Of a DNA stretch of 64,000 nt, positions 8,303-18,524 are shown one piece after another. Position 1 is the first letter of the stretch, and every line of letters starts with the position of its first letter. Origin of the DNA: a virus; the IMG/VR virus record IMGVR_UViG_3300027788_000008, positions 1 through 64,000 of that record; one strand, given 5' to 3'. Under the pieces are notes generated by a model that was not told where the DNA came from, searched no databases, and saw nothing but the letters and a program-made list of their open reading frames with translations. The translations under genes and the position numbers were made by a program.

Positions 8303-8490
8303 TATCCCTGTCACACGATAACCTTGTAAACCATTACAAGACCAATTTCGCTTTGATGCAACACCATAATTATAGTTTGACGGAGTTGGATAATATGTTA
8401 CCGTGGGAGAGGGCAATCTACATTATGCTTCTTATTCAGTACATAAAAGAGGAAAACGAAAAAATGGAAGCAAGAAAGGCGGCACGATAA
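8293..8490 (+). CDS. 51: gp51-like hub assembly ORF in the -1 frame of gp26 (not in ORF track)
   Basis: SHDNLVNHYKTNFALMQHHNYSLTELDNMLPWERAIYIMLL; frame opens right after TGA at 8290-8292; first ATG only at 8356. Confidence 0.8.
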   Translation, partial: FFLISLSHDNLVNHYKTNFALMQHHNYSLTELDNMLPWERAIYIMLLIQYIKEENEKMEARKAAR

Positions 8491-10721
8491 TGGCAGAGAG
8501 TATACTGGAAGGCGTATCAAAGCAGTTGGTTATATTCAATAACAACTTACCCAACTTGATGGACGCGCAATTCGAGACTATCGAAGGCACGTTTGAGAGT
8601 CTTGCGGAAGTCAACGGCAACGCGATGGATCTCATGGCACAGACCCTCCTGCGTATTGAAATGATCATGCTCGACTTCCTAAAGGTCATTCCCGCTACGG
8701 TTGAAGAAGGGTTTGACAGATCCATCGCATTAGATCTGTTCTTAGAAAAAAAGAGAAGTCGTGAGGAAGACCCTGTCAATAAGAAACCCAAAAAAAAGGG
8801 GAATAAATTCATATCTGCATTCAACGAGGGGAAAGCAGAGGTAGAAAAAGAAGGGTTTGTGGAAGATATTATCGATAAATGGTTGCCACTCACTGCCCTG
8901 ATGGCATCAGCTGGCACAGCGTTTGCCGTGTTAAGCACTGTGATAGTCCCTCTTCTCCCCGTGATCTTGGGAGTTGCTGCTGCAATTGGCGCATTGGTAT
9001 ATGTCTTCATGACAGCACTCGATTATTTCAACAGCAACGAAGGTTCCCTTGGTGATAAACTTCTCGCTGGAATTGAAGGAATTTTTCAGGCCATATTGAG
9101 AATAGTAACGTTGCCTATCGATCTGCTTGTGGGAGCGATAACCACAATTCTTTCCACAATTGCCACGTGGATACTTGGCGAAGGAAATTTTATCAGTAAA
9201 TTTCTAGACGACTTTTCAATATTTGATATCCTTTCTGGGGTCTTAAGCGATGTCTTCGCATTCATCGGCGACATAGTTGATTTTTTCGTCGACGTTGGCA
9301 AGACGATAGGTGGTTATATCTCCAAAGTCTGGGATTCTTTCGAACCTGCACGGAAAGGCATGGCAGCAATGTTCGCCGGAATCGGTAAGTTCATAGATTG
9401 GATTATATCTATCGGAAAAATCGCAGCAAAGTTCTTGGGTCTATCACTTCCCGAAGGTGATGACGAAGAACAAGGAGAATATGTTTCACCGATAGAATTG
9501 TCCCGAGGGCAACAAAATGATGCTGAAAGATCAGCGAAAGACTCTGGTCTTTATGAAAAGAATACAATCGGTCTCACAGGCAATGTTGAATCAGTGGTCG
9601 ATGAGTCGATGCTTGGGAGTGCCACAGCAGAACAACTACAGGCAATAGTCAACGACGGCGACATCTCTGACATGCAGATGGAATTGGTTAAAGACATGTT
9701 GGCGTTAAAGACAGGAACCACCCGCACTGACGTCACCACCACCACGACCTACCTGCCATCCACTCTCACTGGCACACGCTATAGCGAGGACGAAGAGGCG
9801 TCTTCTGCGGGTGATTTGGGTAATGCAATAAAATCCGTCAGACCCGCAATGGACGCAGGAGAAGCAGCAGATGCAGAAGTGAAGGCAGCAGCATCAAAGA
9901 AAAAACGAGATGAATTTTTGGCATCAGTCCCACCCGAAGAACTCGCAGCGATCAAAGCAGAGATGGGTCTCGGTACAAGTGATGTCGAAGTTGTCGAAAC
10001 TGACCAACACAAATTGAATCAGTTTGCTGCGCAAAACCGCAAGTCGCATCGCAGGGCAAGAGAGGCTGAGGTTTACTCGCAGAAAGAACTTACCAGAATG
10101 GCACATGAACAGCAAGCAAATGTTAGTCCAGAAGTGGCCGCTGCTGCGGCACGGCAAGCAGCTTACAAAGCGAGCGGTGGAGCACCGGAGACGGGGTCTC
10201 CCATCAGCATGCTGTCCCCCAACGCGGAAGGGGAGGCGAACATCAAGTCCATGATGAACAATAATGTTACGCCACCCACTGAAGAAGAATATGCCGACAT
10301 GCGATCAAAGGTAATGTCTCCTAAAAATTATGATTTGTCTACGATCACTGCCCCCGTCGATGCCATAAATACAAGACCAGGATACCAAGAAAAACTGGCC
10401 AGCGAACGTCTGCGGAAGAAAGGCACAGTTGCTACTGCTATGACTCGTTCACTTCCACTGCCCGCAGACATGTATCAAGATTATCAAGTTAAACCTGCAA
10501 TGGCACCGCTCTCTAGTGCGGGAGTATCAACAGACCTCGGTGCCCAGTCAGTTAAGTTGAATGATAACAAGTCCGCTGTCGCTGCTACACAATCTGCTTC
10601 GAACACAGTGGTGAGTGCTCCATCTACAACAAACGTTGAGAACAAAACGATAAATTCTGGTCCAATACCATCTGCTATGGACAGGAGTGACCGTACCCAC
10701 AGGAGAAAGGGCACTACCTAA
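8490..10721 (+). CDS. Probable tape measure protein (gp29-like)
   Basis: TAATG overlap start; long helical/hydrophobic A-G-I-rich region; follows gp26/gp51. Confidence 0.6.
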   Translation: MAESILEGVSKQLVIFNNNLPNLMDAQFETIEGTFESLAEVNGNAMDLMAQTLLRIEMIMLDFLKVIPATVEEGFDRSIALDLFLEKKRSREEDPVNKKPKKKGNKFISAFNEGKAEVEKEGFVEDIIDKWLPLTALMASAGTAFAVLSTVIVPLLPVILGVAAAIGALVYVFMTALDYFNSNEGSLGDKLLAGIEGIFQAILRIVTLPIDLLVGAITTILSTIATWILGEGNFISKFLDDFSIFDILSGVLSDVFAFIGDIVDFFVDVGKTIGGYISKVWDSFEPARKGMAAMFAGIGKFIDWIISIGKIAAKFLGLSLPEGDDEEQGEYVSPIELSRGQQNDAERSAKDSGLYEKNTIGLTGNVESVVDESMLGSATAEQLQAIVNDGDISDMQMELVKDMLALKTGTTRTDVTTTTTYLPSTLTGTRYSEDEEASSAGDLGNAIKSVRPAMDAGEAADAEVKAAASKKKRDEFLASVPPEELAAIKAEMGLGTSDVEVVETDQHKLNQFAAQNRKSHRRAREAEVYSQKELTRMAHEQQANVSPEVAAAAARQAAYKASGGAPETGSPISMLSPNAEGEANIKSMMNNNVTPPTEEEYADMRSKVMSPKNYDLSTITAPVDAINTRPGYQEKLASERLRKKGTVATAMTRSLPLPADMYQDYQVKPAMAPLSSAGVSTDLGAQSVKLNDNKSAVAATQSASNTVVSAPSTTNVENKTINSGPIPSAMDRSDRTHRRKGTT

Positions 10722-11223
10722 TCTTAGGTTTCTTGCGATAGGGTGCCATTGGTTTTATTTTCTTAATGGTTCCTGGAGTTTTCTTGAGTATTCCCATTTC
10801 GGTCAACTCCACTTCTGTCCAAATATCAAAACCATAACCATTCTCTTTGGCAATTTTCTCTGCTGCTTCCCACTTATTGCGGTTCTTGATATAAGCGAAT
10901 GCCTCGTTGAGTCCCCTCTTTGATCGAGGGTTCTTTGATTTTGGTGGTTCTGTTTGCCTTTTGGGTTTTACTTCGACGAGTAGTATGGTTCCGTTTTTGA
11001 ACTTAATCCAGAAGTCCATGTGATAGTTGTGGTACTTCTTATCAACCTCATAGAAGTATCTTATTATAAAGTCTTCACTGTTCCACTCTGCAACGCCAGC
11101 GTTCCCGTCGAGATATTTCATGACACTTCTTTCCCAACTGCTTCTGTACACAACGTTATGCTCATCACCCTTATACTTATTTGGGTGTTTGACTTTGTAT
11201 TTGCCTCGATAAGTCTTGTTCAT
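10714..11223 (-). CDS. 4: Head completion nuclease gp4
   Basis: YRGKY...KYKGD, YRSSWE, WNSE, LVEVKP, KWEAA. Confidence 0.92.
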   Translation of the reverse strand: MNKTYRGKYKVKHPNKYKGDEHNVVYRSSWERSVMKYLDGNAGVAEWNSEDFIIRYFYEVDKKYHNYHMDFWIKFKNGTILLVEVKPKRQTEPPKSKNPRSKRGLNEAFAYIKNRNKWEAAEKIAKENGYGFDIWTEVELTEMGILKKTPGTIKKIKPMAPYRKKPKIR

Positions 11224-11227
11224 GGTG

Positions 11228-11259
11228 TATAAATAAGTGGAAAGATAATAATATTTATA
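11228..11259. promoter_or_regulatory. Face-to-face late promoter pair for gp48 (+) and gp4 (-)
   Basis: TATAAATA at 11228 and TATTTATA at 11252. Confidence 0.8.
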
Positions 11260-11269
11260 GGGATACAAA

Positions 11270-12022
11270 ATGGCAGAGATAACCTTCCCAGAAGATATCG
11301 AAACATATAAAGGCCAGGTACGGTTCACTTTGGTGGATAATGAGGATCAAGTTATTACAGGCAGACAAGTCAACCTGTTCTTGCCTACGGGTTTGCAGTA
11401 TTCTGATAAAGTAGAGTACGAGAATGCTGATCTTGGCGGAGTCGGCGCAGTAATGGCAGGCGGCGCAGGAAATACAATGGGTGGTGCTCCTTCTGAGGCA
11501 ATGGGCAGCGAAGATGTACGAAAGAGTATTATGGCATCCATCGCATCAAAACTTGGAGATACTACTGGACAGATTGGCCGCGCAAGAACAAAGACCGCAC
11601 CCAACCCAAACACACGTGCCTTATTTAAACAGGTTCATCTCCGCTCTTTTTCATTCCAATTCAAACTTATACCAACCACGGAAACAGAAGCAAACAAAAT
11701 CACTAATATAGTTAAACTGTTTAGAACAGAGTTGTACCCCGATGAGATACCTTATACCGTTCCAGTGACGGGATCCATCATAAGTGTCGGTTATAATTTT
11801 CCGAATAGGTTTAAGATAGAGCAGTTTTATGATAACCGTTTAAATATACACGCACAGAAGATCAAACCAGCATACCTTGATTCTTTCACCACAAACTATA
11901 ATACAACGACCCAAGCATACTTTCAGGGCGAGAACGGCGCATATTTTTCTGAAGTTGATATTGCCATGACCTTTACTGAGTCTAAGACTCTTTCTAGAAT
12001 AAGTATAGGAGAGGGATTCTAA
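11270..12022 (+). CDS. 48: Baseplate tail tube cap gp48
   Basis: NPNTRALF...RSFSFQFKLIP...EA...FTE. Confidence 0.8.
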   Translation: MAEITFPEDIETYKGQVRFTLVDNEDQVITGRQVNLFLPTGLQYSDKVEYENADLGGVGAVMAGGAGNTMGGAPSEAMGSEDVRKSIMASIASKLGDTTGQIGRARTKTAPNPNTRALFKQVHLRSFSFQFKLIPTTETEANKITNIVKLFRTELYPDEIPYTVPVTGSIISVGYNFPNRFKIEQFYDNRLNIHAQKIKPAYLDSFTTNYNTTTQAYFQGENGAYFSEVDIAMTFTESKTLSRISIGEGF

Positions 12023-12023
12023 A

Positions 12024-12980
12024 ATGTCTGGAACTAAATTTTTCAAGAACTTCCCTGAAACCGATTATCGTTTTGGCGATAATGAACGTCCAGTCCCATT
12101 CGATAATCTTTCGGTGTATATCGATATCTTTGATCAAGTTCGTGAAGATTACATCTATTATGAATCATATTATATAAAGAACAACCAAAGACCCGATCAA
12201 CTCTCGTATGAAATTTATGGAACGACAGACTACTATTGGACTTTCTTTTTATCCAATGAACACCTGCGCGTTCACGGGTGGCCACTTGACAATTCTGAGA
12301 TATATGCTCAGGCAAAACTCTATTACCCCAATCAATCGATCTCTACTAACGGTGTCAGCACAGGTTCCAGCACAAACGAATTGGGGGTCAGAGCAACAGA
12401 CCCTCTTTGTGTTAGCACTAAGTTCATTCCAGGTGCATGGGTTTGGATACCCAGCACCAGACAGGTCGTACAAATATTACGGATTGACCAGCAACTCGCC
12501 ACCATCTATCTAGATACAAAGGAACCAATCTCATCTGGATATGGTGACAGTGCTATTGTTGTTTCCGCTGCCAATGCCACCCTAATCAAACAGATGTATA
12601 TAGATGCACTGGCAGCTGCGCAGGAAGACGATTCGGTCTACACCCTGCCAAACTTCCAGAACATACCCGACCTAATCCTTGAAACGACAACCATAGAGAA
12701 AGCATACCTTGGTTACGATTCGATCCATCATTATGAGCGAGACGTTGTAGATAGTTTTACGAGTAGGGTGGTGAAACAATGGGTCTATCCTCAATTCCAA
12801 ACCTCCAGAGAACTCGCGTATGCGTTTGACTGGTCCACTGTCTCCACTGAAGAGTCTGTGACATACCTGCAAAGGATGCAAGAAACGAATGATGATATTA
12901 GATCAATTTCTATCATTCGCCCATCAACGATAACACAGGTTGTTTCTGAGTTCAATGCGCTGCTGAAGCAGAGGTTATAA
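12024..12980 (+). CDS. 53: Baseplate wedge gp53
   Basis: FFKNFP, RPDQLSYEIYG, YYWTF, WPL, IHHYE. Confidence 0.85.
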   Translation: MSGTKFFKNFPETDYRFGDNERPVPFDNLSVYIDIFDQVREDYIYYESYYIKNNQRPDQLSYEIYGTTDYYWTFFLSNEHLRVHGWPLDNSEIYAQAKLYYPNQSISTNGVSTGSSTNELGVRATDPLCVSTKFIPGAWVWIPSTRQVVQILRIDQQLATIYLDTKEPISSGYGDSAIVVSAANATLIKQMYIDALAAAQEDDSVYTLPNFQNIPDLILETTTIEKAYLGYDSIHHYERDVVDSFTSRVVKQWVYPQFQTSRELAYAFDWSTVSTEESVTYLQRMQETNDDIRSISIIRPSTITQVVSEFNALLKQRL

Positions 12981-14362
12981 TGCCACAAACCAACGCGCAA
13001 GAATTTAAGATTACTGAAGCGACTATCTTCGCTGAAAGATTTGAAGAAGAATACAACATAACAATGTACCTCGGAGAGTTGTCTTTTTTCGAGGATTTAG
13101 AGAAACCATACGTCACCGCACAAATAGTTTGTATGGATGACCTCGGGGTTTTTGATGAAATAAAGATCCGTGGATCTGAGCAAATAAGATTTACTGTGGG
13201 CACCGCAGAGGAACAACCAAACGGAGAGTTATCATTTACCATAGTGATGAACATTGTTTCGATTATACAAACGAATAAGGTCGGCGACAGATCTGAGATT
13301 TATCACATCAACTGTATCTCCCCTCATGCATATCGCGATGCCAACGTAAAGATCTCGCGATCCTATACAGGAAAATTAGAGTTAATCGCTCAAGCAATCC
13401 TAAAGAACCATCTCGACGTCGACGTTGATACATCTTATATGGGTGCTTGGACTTCTATGCAGAAACCTGTTAAGATAATAACTCCATACATCAGCCCACT
13501 AGAGTCCGTTGAATGGTTGATGAACCGTGCCACAACTTTGATTGGTTCCCCTTTCTATGTCTGGCAAACTATATATGACCAAACGACTGACGGTCATGAT
13601 ACTCTCCGCTTTGGCAATATGGAGTTTATGATGAATGCCGCCACGTTCAACGAAGATCTCCCTCTGACATACTCCGCCGCCACATCAGCGAGCGTGGCAG
13701 ATAAAAAACATCAAAGTCAGACAGGTGTTAAGAGTATAAGGGCAGAGAATATACAAGACACGCTGAAGATGATACACGAAGGTGCTATAGGTTCTAACCT
13801 AAATACAACGGACACGTTCACTGGACAGAGTTTTAGTAGGCACTATTCGATCACCGAACATCTTGAGAGACTAGAAACCATGAGAGTTGTTCCATACGGT
13901 GCTGACCAAAATGTATTTGATGATCAGCAATCGCTGACCTTTTCTGGACAAAAAAAACCAATATCTGCCTGGAACGCTCGCGAATTCAGTACAATTACAT
14001 CGTATGGAACATATGGTTTTGTAAATAGTTATCATGACGTGCAGGATGCTTCTGAGGCACTGAACAAACTACGTGCACCTGCTGTGAAGAGTATGTTTAA
14101 CAAAAACATGTTTGATATAGTAATACCAGGAATTGTTTTCTTCGCAGAACTAGGCAACGGCAATTCCGGTGTTTCTGTCGGAGATACGGTGTTTATAGAC
14201 TTCCTGTCTTCTAATACTGATGATGACGCAGGCGGGGTCTATAATGAAGAAATGTCTGGTAAGTATTTGATTCATAAATGTAGGAATATATTCAAGAACA
14301 CCACGCATGAGATTGTTGTCACGATATCCAAGATTGCAACCAAGCCGGTAAAAATGATATGA
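12980..14362 (+). CDS. Probable baseplate hub protein (gp27-like)
   Basis: Between gp53 and gp5; ends SGKYLIHK..H. Confidence 0.6.
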   Translation: MPQTNAQEFKITEATIFAERFEEEYNITMYLGELSFFEDLEKPYVTAQIVCMDDLGVFDEIKIRGSEQIRFTVGTAEEQPNGELSFTIVMNIVSIIQTNKVGDRSEIYHINCISPHAYRDANVKISRSYTGKLELIAQAILKNHLDVDVDTSYMGAWTSMQKPVKIITPYISPLESVEWLMNRATTLIGSPFYVWQTIYDQTTDGHDTLRFGNMEFMMNAATFNEDLPLTYSAATSASVADKKHQSQTGVKSIRAENIQDTLKMIHEGAIGSNLNTTDTFTGQSFSRHYSITEHLERLETMRVVPYGADQNVFDDQQSLTFSGQKKPISAWNAREFSTITSYGTYGFVNSYHDVQDASEALNKLRAPAVKSMFNKNMFDIVIPGIVFFAELGNGNSGVSVGDTVFIDFLSSNTDDDAGGVYNEEMSGKYLIHKCRNIFKNTTHEIVVTISKIATKPVKMI

Positions 14363-15279
14363 ATGTCATATCCTCAGAGTATTATGGTGATGACGTCCGT
14401 TGGTTTGTCGCTACTGTTATAGACAATTCTCCGCCATATGGTCTTGAAGGTAGAGTACAGGTTCGAATACACGGTATACATTCAACAGACGTTAATGATA
14501 TCCCGCAATTAGACCTACCATGGGCCCAAGTGATGTCGCCCAGCGACACATATGGTAGTTCTGGAATGGGTACGCACTGTCAGATACTTCCTGGCTCTTT
14601 GGTCTTTGGTATGTTCCTTGATGGTAAACACTCACAACTGCCTATGGTACTTGGTTCTTTGCCAAGAATCGAATATCCTTCTTCCGTCCAGGCATCTGGA
14701 CAAAAAGACCAAGAATCATCTCCGTTTTCTTATGACTTTCAACAGTCTAATTCGCAATTCCAAGACCCTGTTTTCTATAATGAGTACGATCCAGAGAATA
14801 CGTCATTCCTAGACTATGTTTCAGTGGACGTTGCTAGGTTCTTTATCGACAACGGATATACAGCAAAACAGGCAAGTTGCATCACTGGTGTTTTATACTC
14901 AGTCAGCGGACTAGACTCAAAATTCTCCTCTGGATACGGTTTATACGGCATTGCTGGGTGGAAAATCGGAAGTCCCCGATATACAATGCTAAATGCATTT
15001 ATCCAAAGACTCTCACCATCCCGTTCAATAGATGATTTTGATGGACAATTGATGTTTGTTCTCCAAGAACTTAGAACAACTAAATCTATTGTATATTCTA
15101 AAATGATGCGACTTACAAACATAAGAAACTTGTACGAGGGCGATATCGCGCAACCCGACGCGTTCGTGAACGGACACGTCTCTGTGCTGCTTAGACACTA
15201 TATAGACAACCCCCTTACGGATCAGACGGATGCTGAAGGCGTCTCGAAATCTATATATGACTCTCTCGGAGGAAGATAA
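14359..15279 (+). CDS. 5: gp5 N-terminal OB-fold plus degenerate phage tail lysozyme domain
   Basis: GRVQVRIHGIH, DLPWAQ, VFGMFLDG, PMVLG; C-half GYTAKQA..ITG..GIAGW..QLMFVLQEL. Confidence 0.8.
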   Translation: MNVISSEYYGDDVRWFVATVIDNSPPYGLEGRVQVRIHGIHSTDVNDIPQLDLPWAQVMSPSDTYGSSGMGTHCQILPGSLVFGMFLDGKHSQLPMVLGSLPRIEYPSSVQASGQKDQESSPFSYDFQQSNSQFQDPVFYNEYDPENTSFLDYVSVDVARFFIDNGYTAKQASCITGVLYSVSGLDSKFSSGYGLYGIAGWKIGSPRYTMLNAFIQRLSPSRSIDDFDGQLMFVLQELRTTKSIVYSKMMRLTNIRNLYEGDIAQPDAFVNGHVSVLLRHYIDNPLTDQTDAEGVSKSIYDSLGGR

Positions 15280-16164
15280 TGGCAAAAGTGAACCTCGGTG
15301 AACTGAATAATTATGTAAAGTCGCTATACAACCAAGTCAATCTAGAAGAACTGACGGGGATTCACGCTGAAGCTATTCGTGCTTGGTTTATCGAAAATAT
15401 GACCAAGATTGGAAGATACTCCAATAGAGACTTTGAGCGGTTTGGATCCTTGTCATCGACACAAGACAGGCAAGGCAGACAAGACGGTTGGGTTGCCTTG
15501 ACCGAAGAGGTTGCAGATATAGACGCTGTTACATACGGCACAGGCGCACTATACATCCATGGAGAGATGGAGATCCCTGGATCCACAGCAGGGATAAAGG
15601 GCGACACTTTTCATCACTGTGACGCCACTGGACAAGATTTCATTAAAACCCCAAAGAGTTATGGTGATACCAAAGGTGGGTTTTCGGGCGAGGATCGCAC
15701 CAGTGACCAAGGCGAAAACGAACCGGATTTTGCACTAGGGTTTGTCTGGTCGTTTCTAGAAATACCGGCGCAAGGCGGAAACCATGGATATACAGCGATC
15801 ATACAAAGTGTATCCGGTATCCCAATTGCCTCAGAGAAGGCAATTCTCCCGAAGGTCACCTCTGGACGTGCCACCCCTTCTAGATTTAATGACGGAAGTG
15901 TATATCATCTTTCGAACGAGAGAAATAATTACCCATGGGTCATTATAAATTCCACCCAACCAAAAAGTATAGATAACTTATTGAAAAATACTTTTAACAA
16001 TGATACCGGCATGTATGACCGTCGAACGCCTTGGATCGCAAGGAAGGGTGGATATGCTCCTGGCAACCGAGTTAAGGTGACCACTGCCGATAGACAAGAA
16101 ATATTAAACTACATTTCGCCAACCATCGACGAGTACACTCCATTACCTCAAACGGAAGACGACA
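15279..16164 (+). repeat. Direct repeat, copy 1 (about 0.88 kb)
   Basis: Near-identical to 17076-17955. Confidence 0.95.
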
Positions 16165-17051
16165 ACGAAGTGTTCTCGATACCAGATGGTCTGGTAATGT
16201 CGGGTGACATGAATGTCGAAGCGTTTGGATCACGCACAACGTTGACACATGACATAGTAGTACCAGCTGAAGGGCGTACTGTGTCATCAAGTTTTGTTAC
16301 TAGTTCAGACCCGCTACATGGAGCGCAGTTCAATTTTGAACTGCTCACTCTTCCTGGTGGAATGCTGGAAGTATGGGTGTCTGATACTCCTGGTGGTCGT
16401 GCAGTGTCTGGCGATTGTGGAACCATCAAGTCCGCATTTTTGTCTGTTTTGCACGTCAAGCAGCAGTTGACTGGCAGGACGTGTTCTCTCAATACTTCGA
16501 CTGAATACTTCCTGAACATGCGCCACCTAGATCCTTCGGTGGCAGAGAAAACATATCGTAGGACGACAGCTAAGACACTTTCAACTTCGATCGAGGATGA
16601 GTTTGATGTTAGTCCCAGTAATGGAAGATTGTTATTGATCGCTCCCATTCCGCACGAGACAATGGGCAACACAATCAGGCTTGACCAACTTCTCGACCTT
16701 CCGGTTGGGCGTGTGGTGTCAAGCATGTTCACCACCATAGACAGTGTGACATCCTATGGTGAATTTGTTTTCCACGACGTGCCTGGAGACCCCCTGCCTT
16801 ATCCATCTGTGAACTTCTGGATTTCTCGCACACCTAATGGAGCTCCTATAGTAACGGGTGTTATGGAAGTAGAGGCCATTAAATACAACGGGAACGGTGT
16901 CTCTTGGTTGAAGTGGACGAATTACGACGCCGGTTTCTCTGGTTTCATCACATTGGAACCCAACACGGAATATTATCTAAACGTAGAAGATGTCAATAAC
17001 TATGGACAATCTGGTCGAATCGATAGATGGATTCGTGTCCTGCGTCTTTAA
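15279..17051 (+). CDS. Putative structural protein, paralog 1 (conserved N-half plus two beta-rich domains)
   Basis: 590-aa ORF inside the gp5 locus; N-terminus duplicated at 17076. Confidence 0.75.
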   Translation: MAKVNLGELNNYVKSLYNQVNLEELTGIHAEAIRAWFIENMTKIGRYSNRDFERFGSLSSTQDRQGRQDGWVALTEEVADIDAVTYGTGALYIHGEMEIPGSTAGIKGDTFHHCDATGQDFIKTPKSYGDTKGGFSGEDRTSDQGENEPDFALGFVWSFLEIPAQGGNHGYTAIIQSVSGIPIASEKAILPKVTSGRATPSRFNDGSVYHLSNERNNYPWVIINSTQPKSIDNLLKNTFNNDTGMYDRRTPWIARKGGYAPGNRVKVTTADRQEILNYISPTIDEYTPLPQTEDDNEVFSIPDGLVMSGDMNVEAFGSRTTLTHDIVVPAEGRTVSSSFVTSSDPLHGAQFNFELLTLPGGMLEVWVSDTPGGRAVSGDCGTIKSAFLSVLHVKQQLTGRTCSLNTSTEYFLNMRHLDPSVAEKTYRRTTAKTLSTSIEDEFDVSPSNGRLLLIAPIPHETMGNTIRLDQLLDLPVGRVVSSMFTTIDSVTSYGEFVFHDVPGDPLPYPSVNFWISRTPNGAPIVTGVMEVEAIKYNGNGVSWLKWTNYDAGFSGFITLEPNTEYYLNVEDVNNYGQSGRIDRWIRVLRL

Positions 17052-17075
17052 CGAACAGCAACAGAGAATTTTAAT

Positions 17076-17955
17076 ATGGCAAAAGTGAACCTCGGTGAAC
17101 TGAACAATTATGTAAAGTCACTATACAACCAAGTCAATCTAGAAGAACTGACGGGGATTCATGCAGCTGCTATTCGTGCTTGGTTTATAGAAAATATGAC
17201 CAAGATTGGAAGATACTCCAATAGAGACTTTGAGCGGTTTGGATCCTTGTCTACACAAGACAGGCAAGGCAGACAAGACGGTTGGGTTGCCTTGACCGAA
17301 GAGGTTGTAGACCCAGGAGAAACCACATACGGCACAGGCGCACTATACATCCATGGAGAGATGAGGATTCCTGGATCCACAGCAGGGATAAAGGGCGACA
17401 CTTTTCATCACTGTTCCGACACTGGACAAGATTTCATTAAAACCCCAAAGAGTTATAGTGAGACCAAAGGTGGGTTTTCGGGCGAGGATCGCACCAGTGA
17501 CCAAGGCGAAAACGAACCGGATTTTGCACTAGGGTTTGTCTGGTCGTTTGTAGAAATACAACCGCAAAGCGGAAACCATGGATATACAGATATCGTAAAA
17601 AGTGTATCCGGTATCCCAATTGCCTCAGAGAAGGCAATTCTCCCGAAGGTCACCTCTGGAAGCGTCACCCCTTCTAGATTTAATGACGGGAGTGTATATC
17701 ATCTCTCTAACGAGAGAAATAATTACCCATGGGTCATTATAAATTCCACCCAACCAAAAAGTATAGATAACTTATTGAAAAATGATATTAACAATTCCAA
17801 CGGCATGTATGATCGCCGAATTCCTTGGATGGCAAAGGGTGGATATGGACCTTCCAGCCGAATTAAGGTGACCACTGCCGATAGACAAGAAATATTAAAC
17901 TACATTTCGCCAACCATCGACGAGTATACTCCATTACCTCAAACGGAAGACGACA
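17076..17955 (+). repeat. Direct repeat, copy 2
   Basis: Near-identical to 15279-16164; identity ends after ...QTEDD. Confidence 0.95.
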
Positions 17956-18485
17956 TGGAACAACGCGAATATTTAGAAGAAGGGACTTACAGTAATTTAA
18001 AATTGCGCGAGACCGCGCCATGGCTTCCTCCGATTATGCACCGCACACAAGTTCATTCAGATGTAATCCCCCTGCCAAAAGGAACGGTGGTCTCAACCAG
18101 GTTCACTACCCCACCTGATAGATTCTCTTCCGGCCAGATAGTTACGATCCATCACCAGCAATATGCCCATTTCATGCCAATGGTGAACTTCTGGATTTCT
18201 AATATACCTAATGGACCTCCTATTGACGCCAACGCCATATTCGAGCGAGGAATTGAGACGTCTGAAATGAACTATACGATAGGTTGGAGCTTTCAGAATC
18301 GAGTGAGATTGGAACCAGACCGAAACTATTACGTCAACATAGAAGATTCGGATCCCTATGGTTCAGAACCTGGATGGACGGGTGGTGGTAATACGCTGCT
18401 CGAGGGTAAAATTAAACGCAAAGTTAAGCATTACGGACCAACACCTTCAGACACTGTATTCGCCAACGATCCCGATGCCGCCTAA
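17076..18485 (+). CDS. Putative structural protein, paralog 2 (same N-half plus one beta-rich domain)
   Basis: 469-aa ORF. Confidence 0.75.
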   Translation: MAKVNLGELNNYVKSLYNQVNLEELTGIHAAAIRAWFIENMTKIGRYSNRDFERFGSLSTQDRQGRQDGWVALTEEVVDPGETTYGTGALYIHGEMRIPGSTAGIKGDTFHHCSDTGQDFIKTPKSYSETKGGFSGEDRTSDQGENEPDFALGFVWSFVEIQPQSGNHGYTDIVKSVSGIPIASEKAILPKVTSGSVTPSRFNDGSVYHLSNERNNYPWVIINSTQPKSIDNLLKNDINNSNGMYDRRIPWMAKGGYGPSSRIKVTTADRQEILNYISPTIDEYTPLPQTEDDMEQREYLEEGTYSNLKLRETAPWLPPIMHRTQVHSDVIPLPKGTVVSTRFTTPPDRFSSGQIVTIHHQQYAHFMPMVNFWISNIPNGPPIDANAIFERGIETSEMNYTIGWSFQNRVRLEPDRNYYVNIEDSDPYGSEPGWTGGGNTLLEGKIKRKVKHYGPTPSDTVFANDPDAA

Positions 18486-18524
18486 TGGCATCTACGAATA
18501 ATCGCAGCAACAGAGAATTTTAAT

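Noticed and set aside
15279-18485. Diversity-generating retroelement or invertase shufflon explanation for the duplication
   Set aside because: Differences are not adenine-specific, the repeats are direct rather than inverted, and there is no reverse transcriptase or recombinase in the window.
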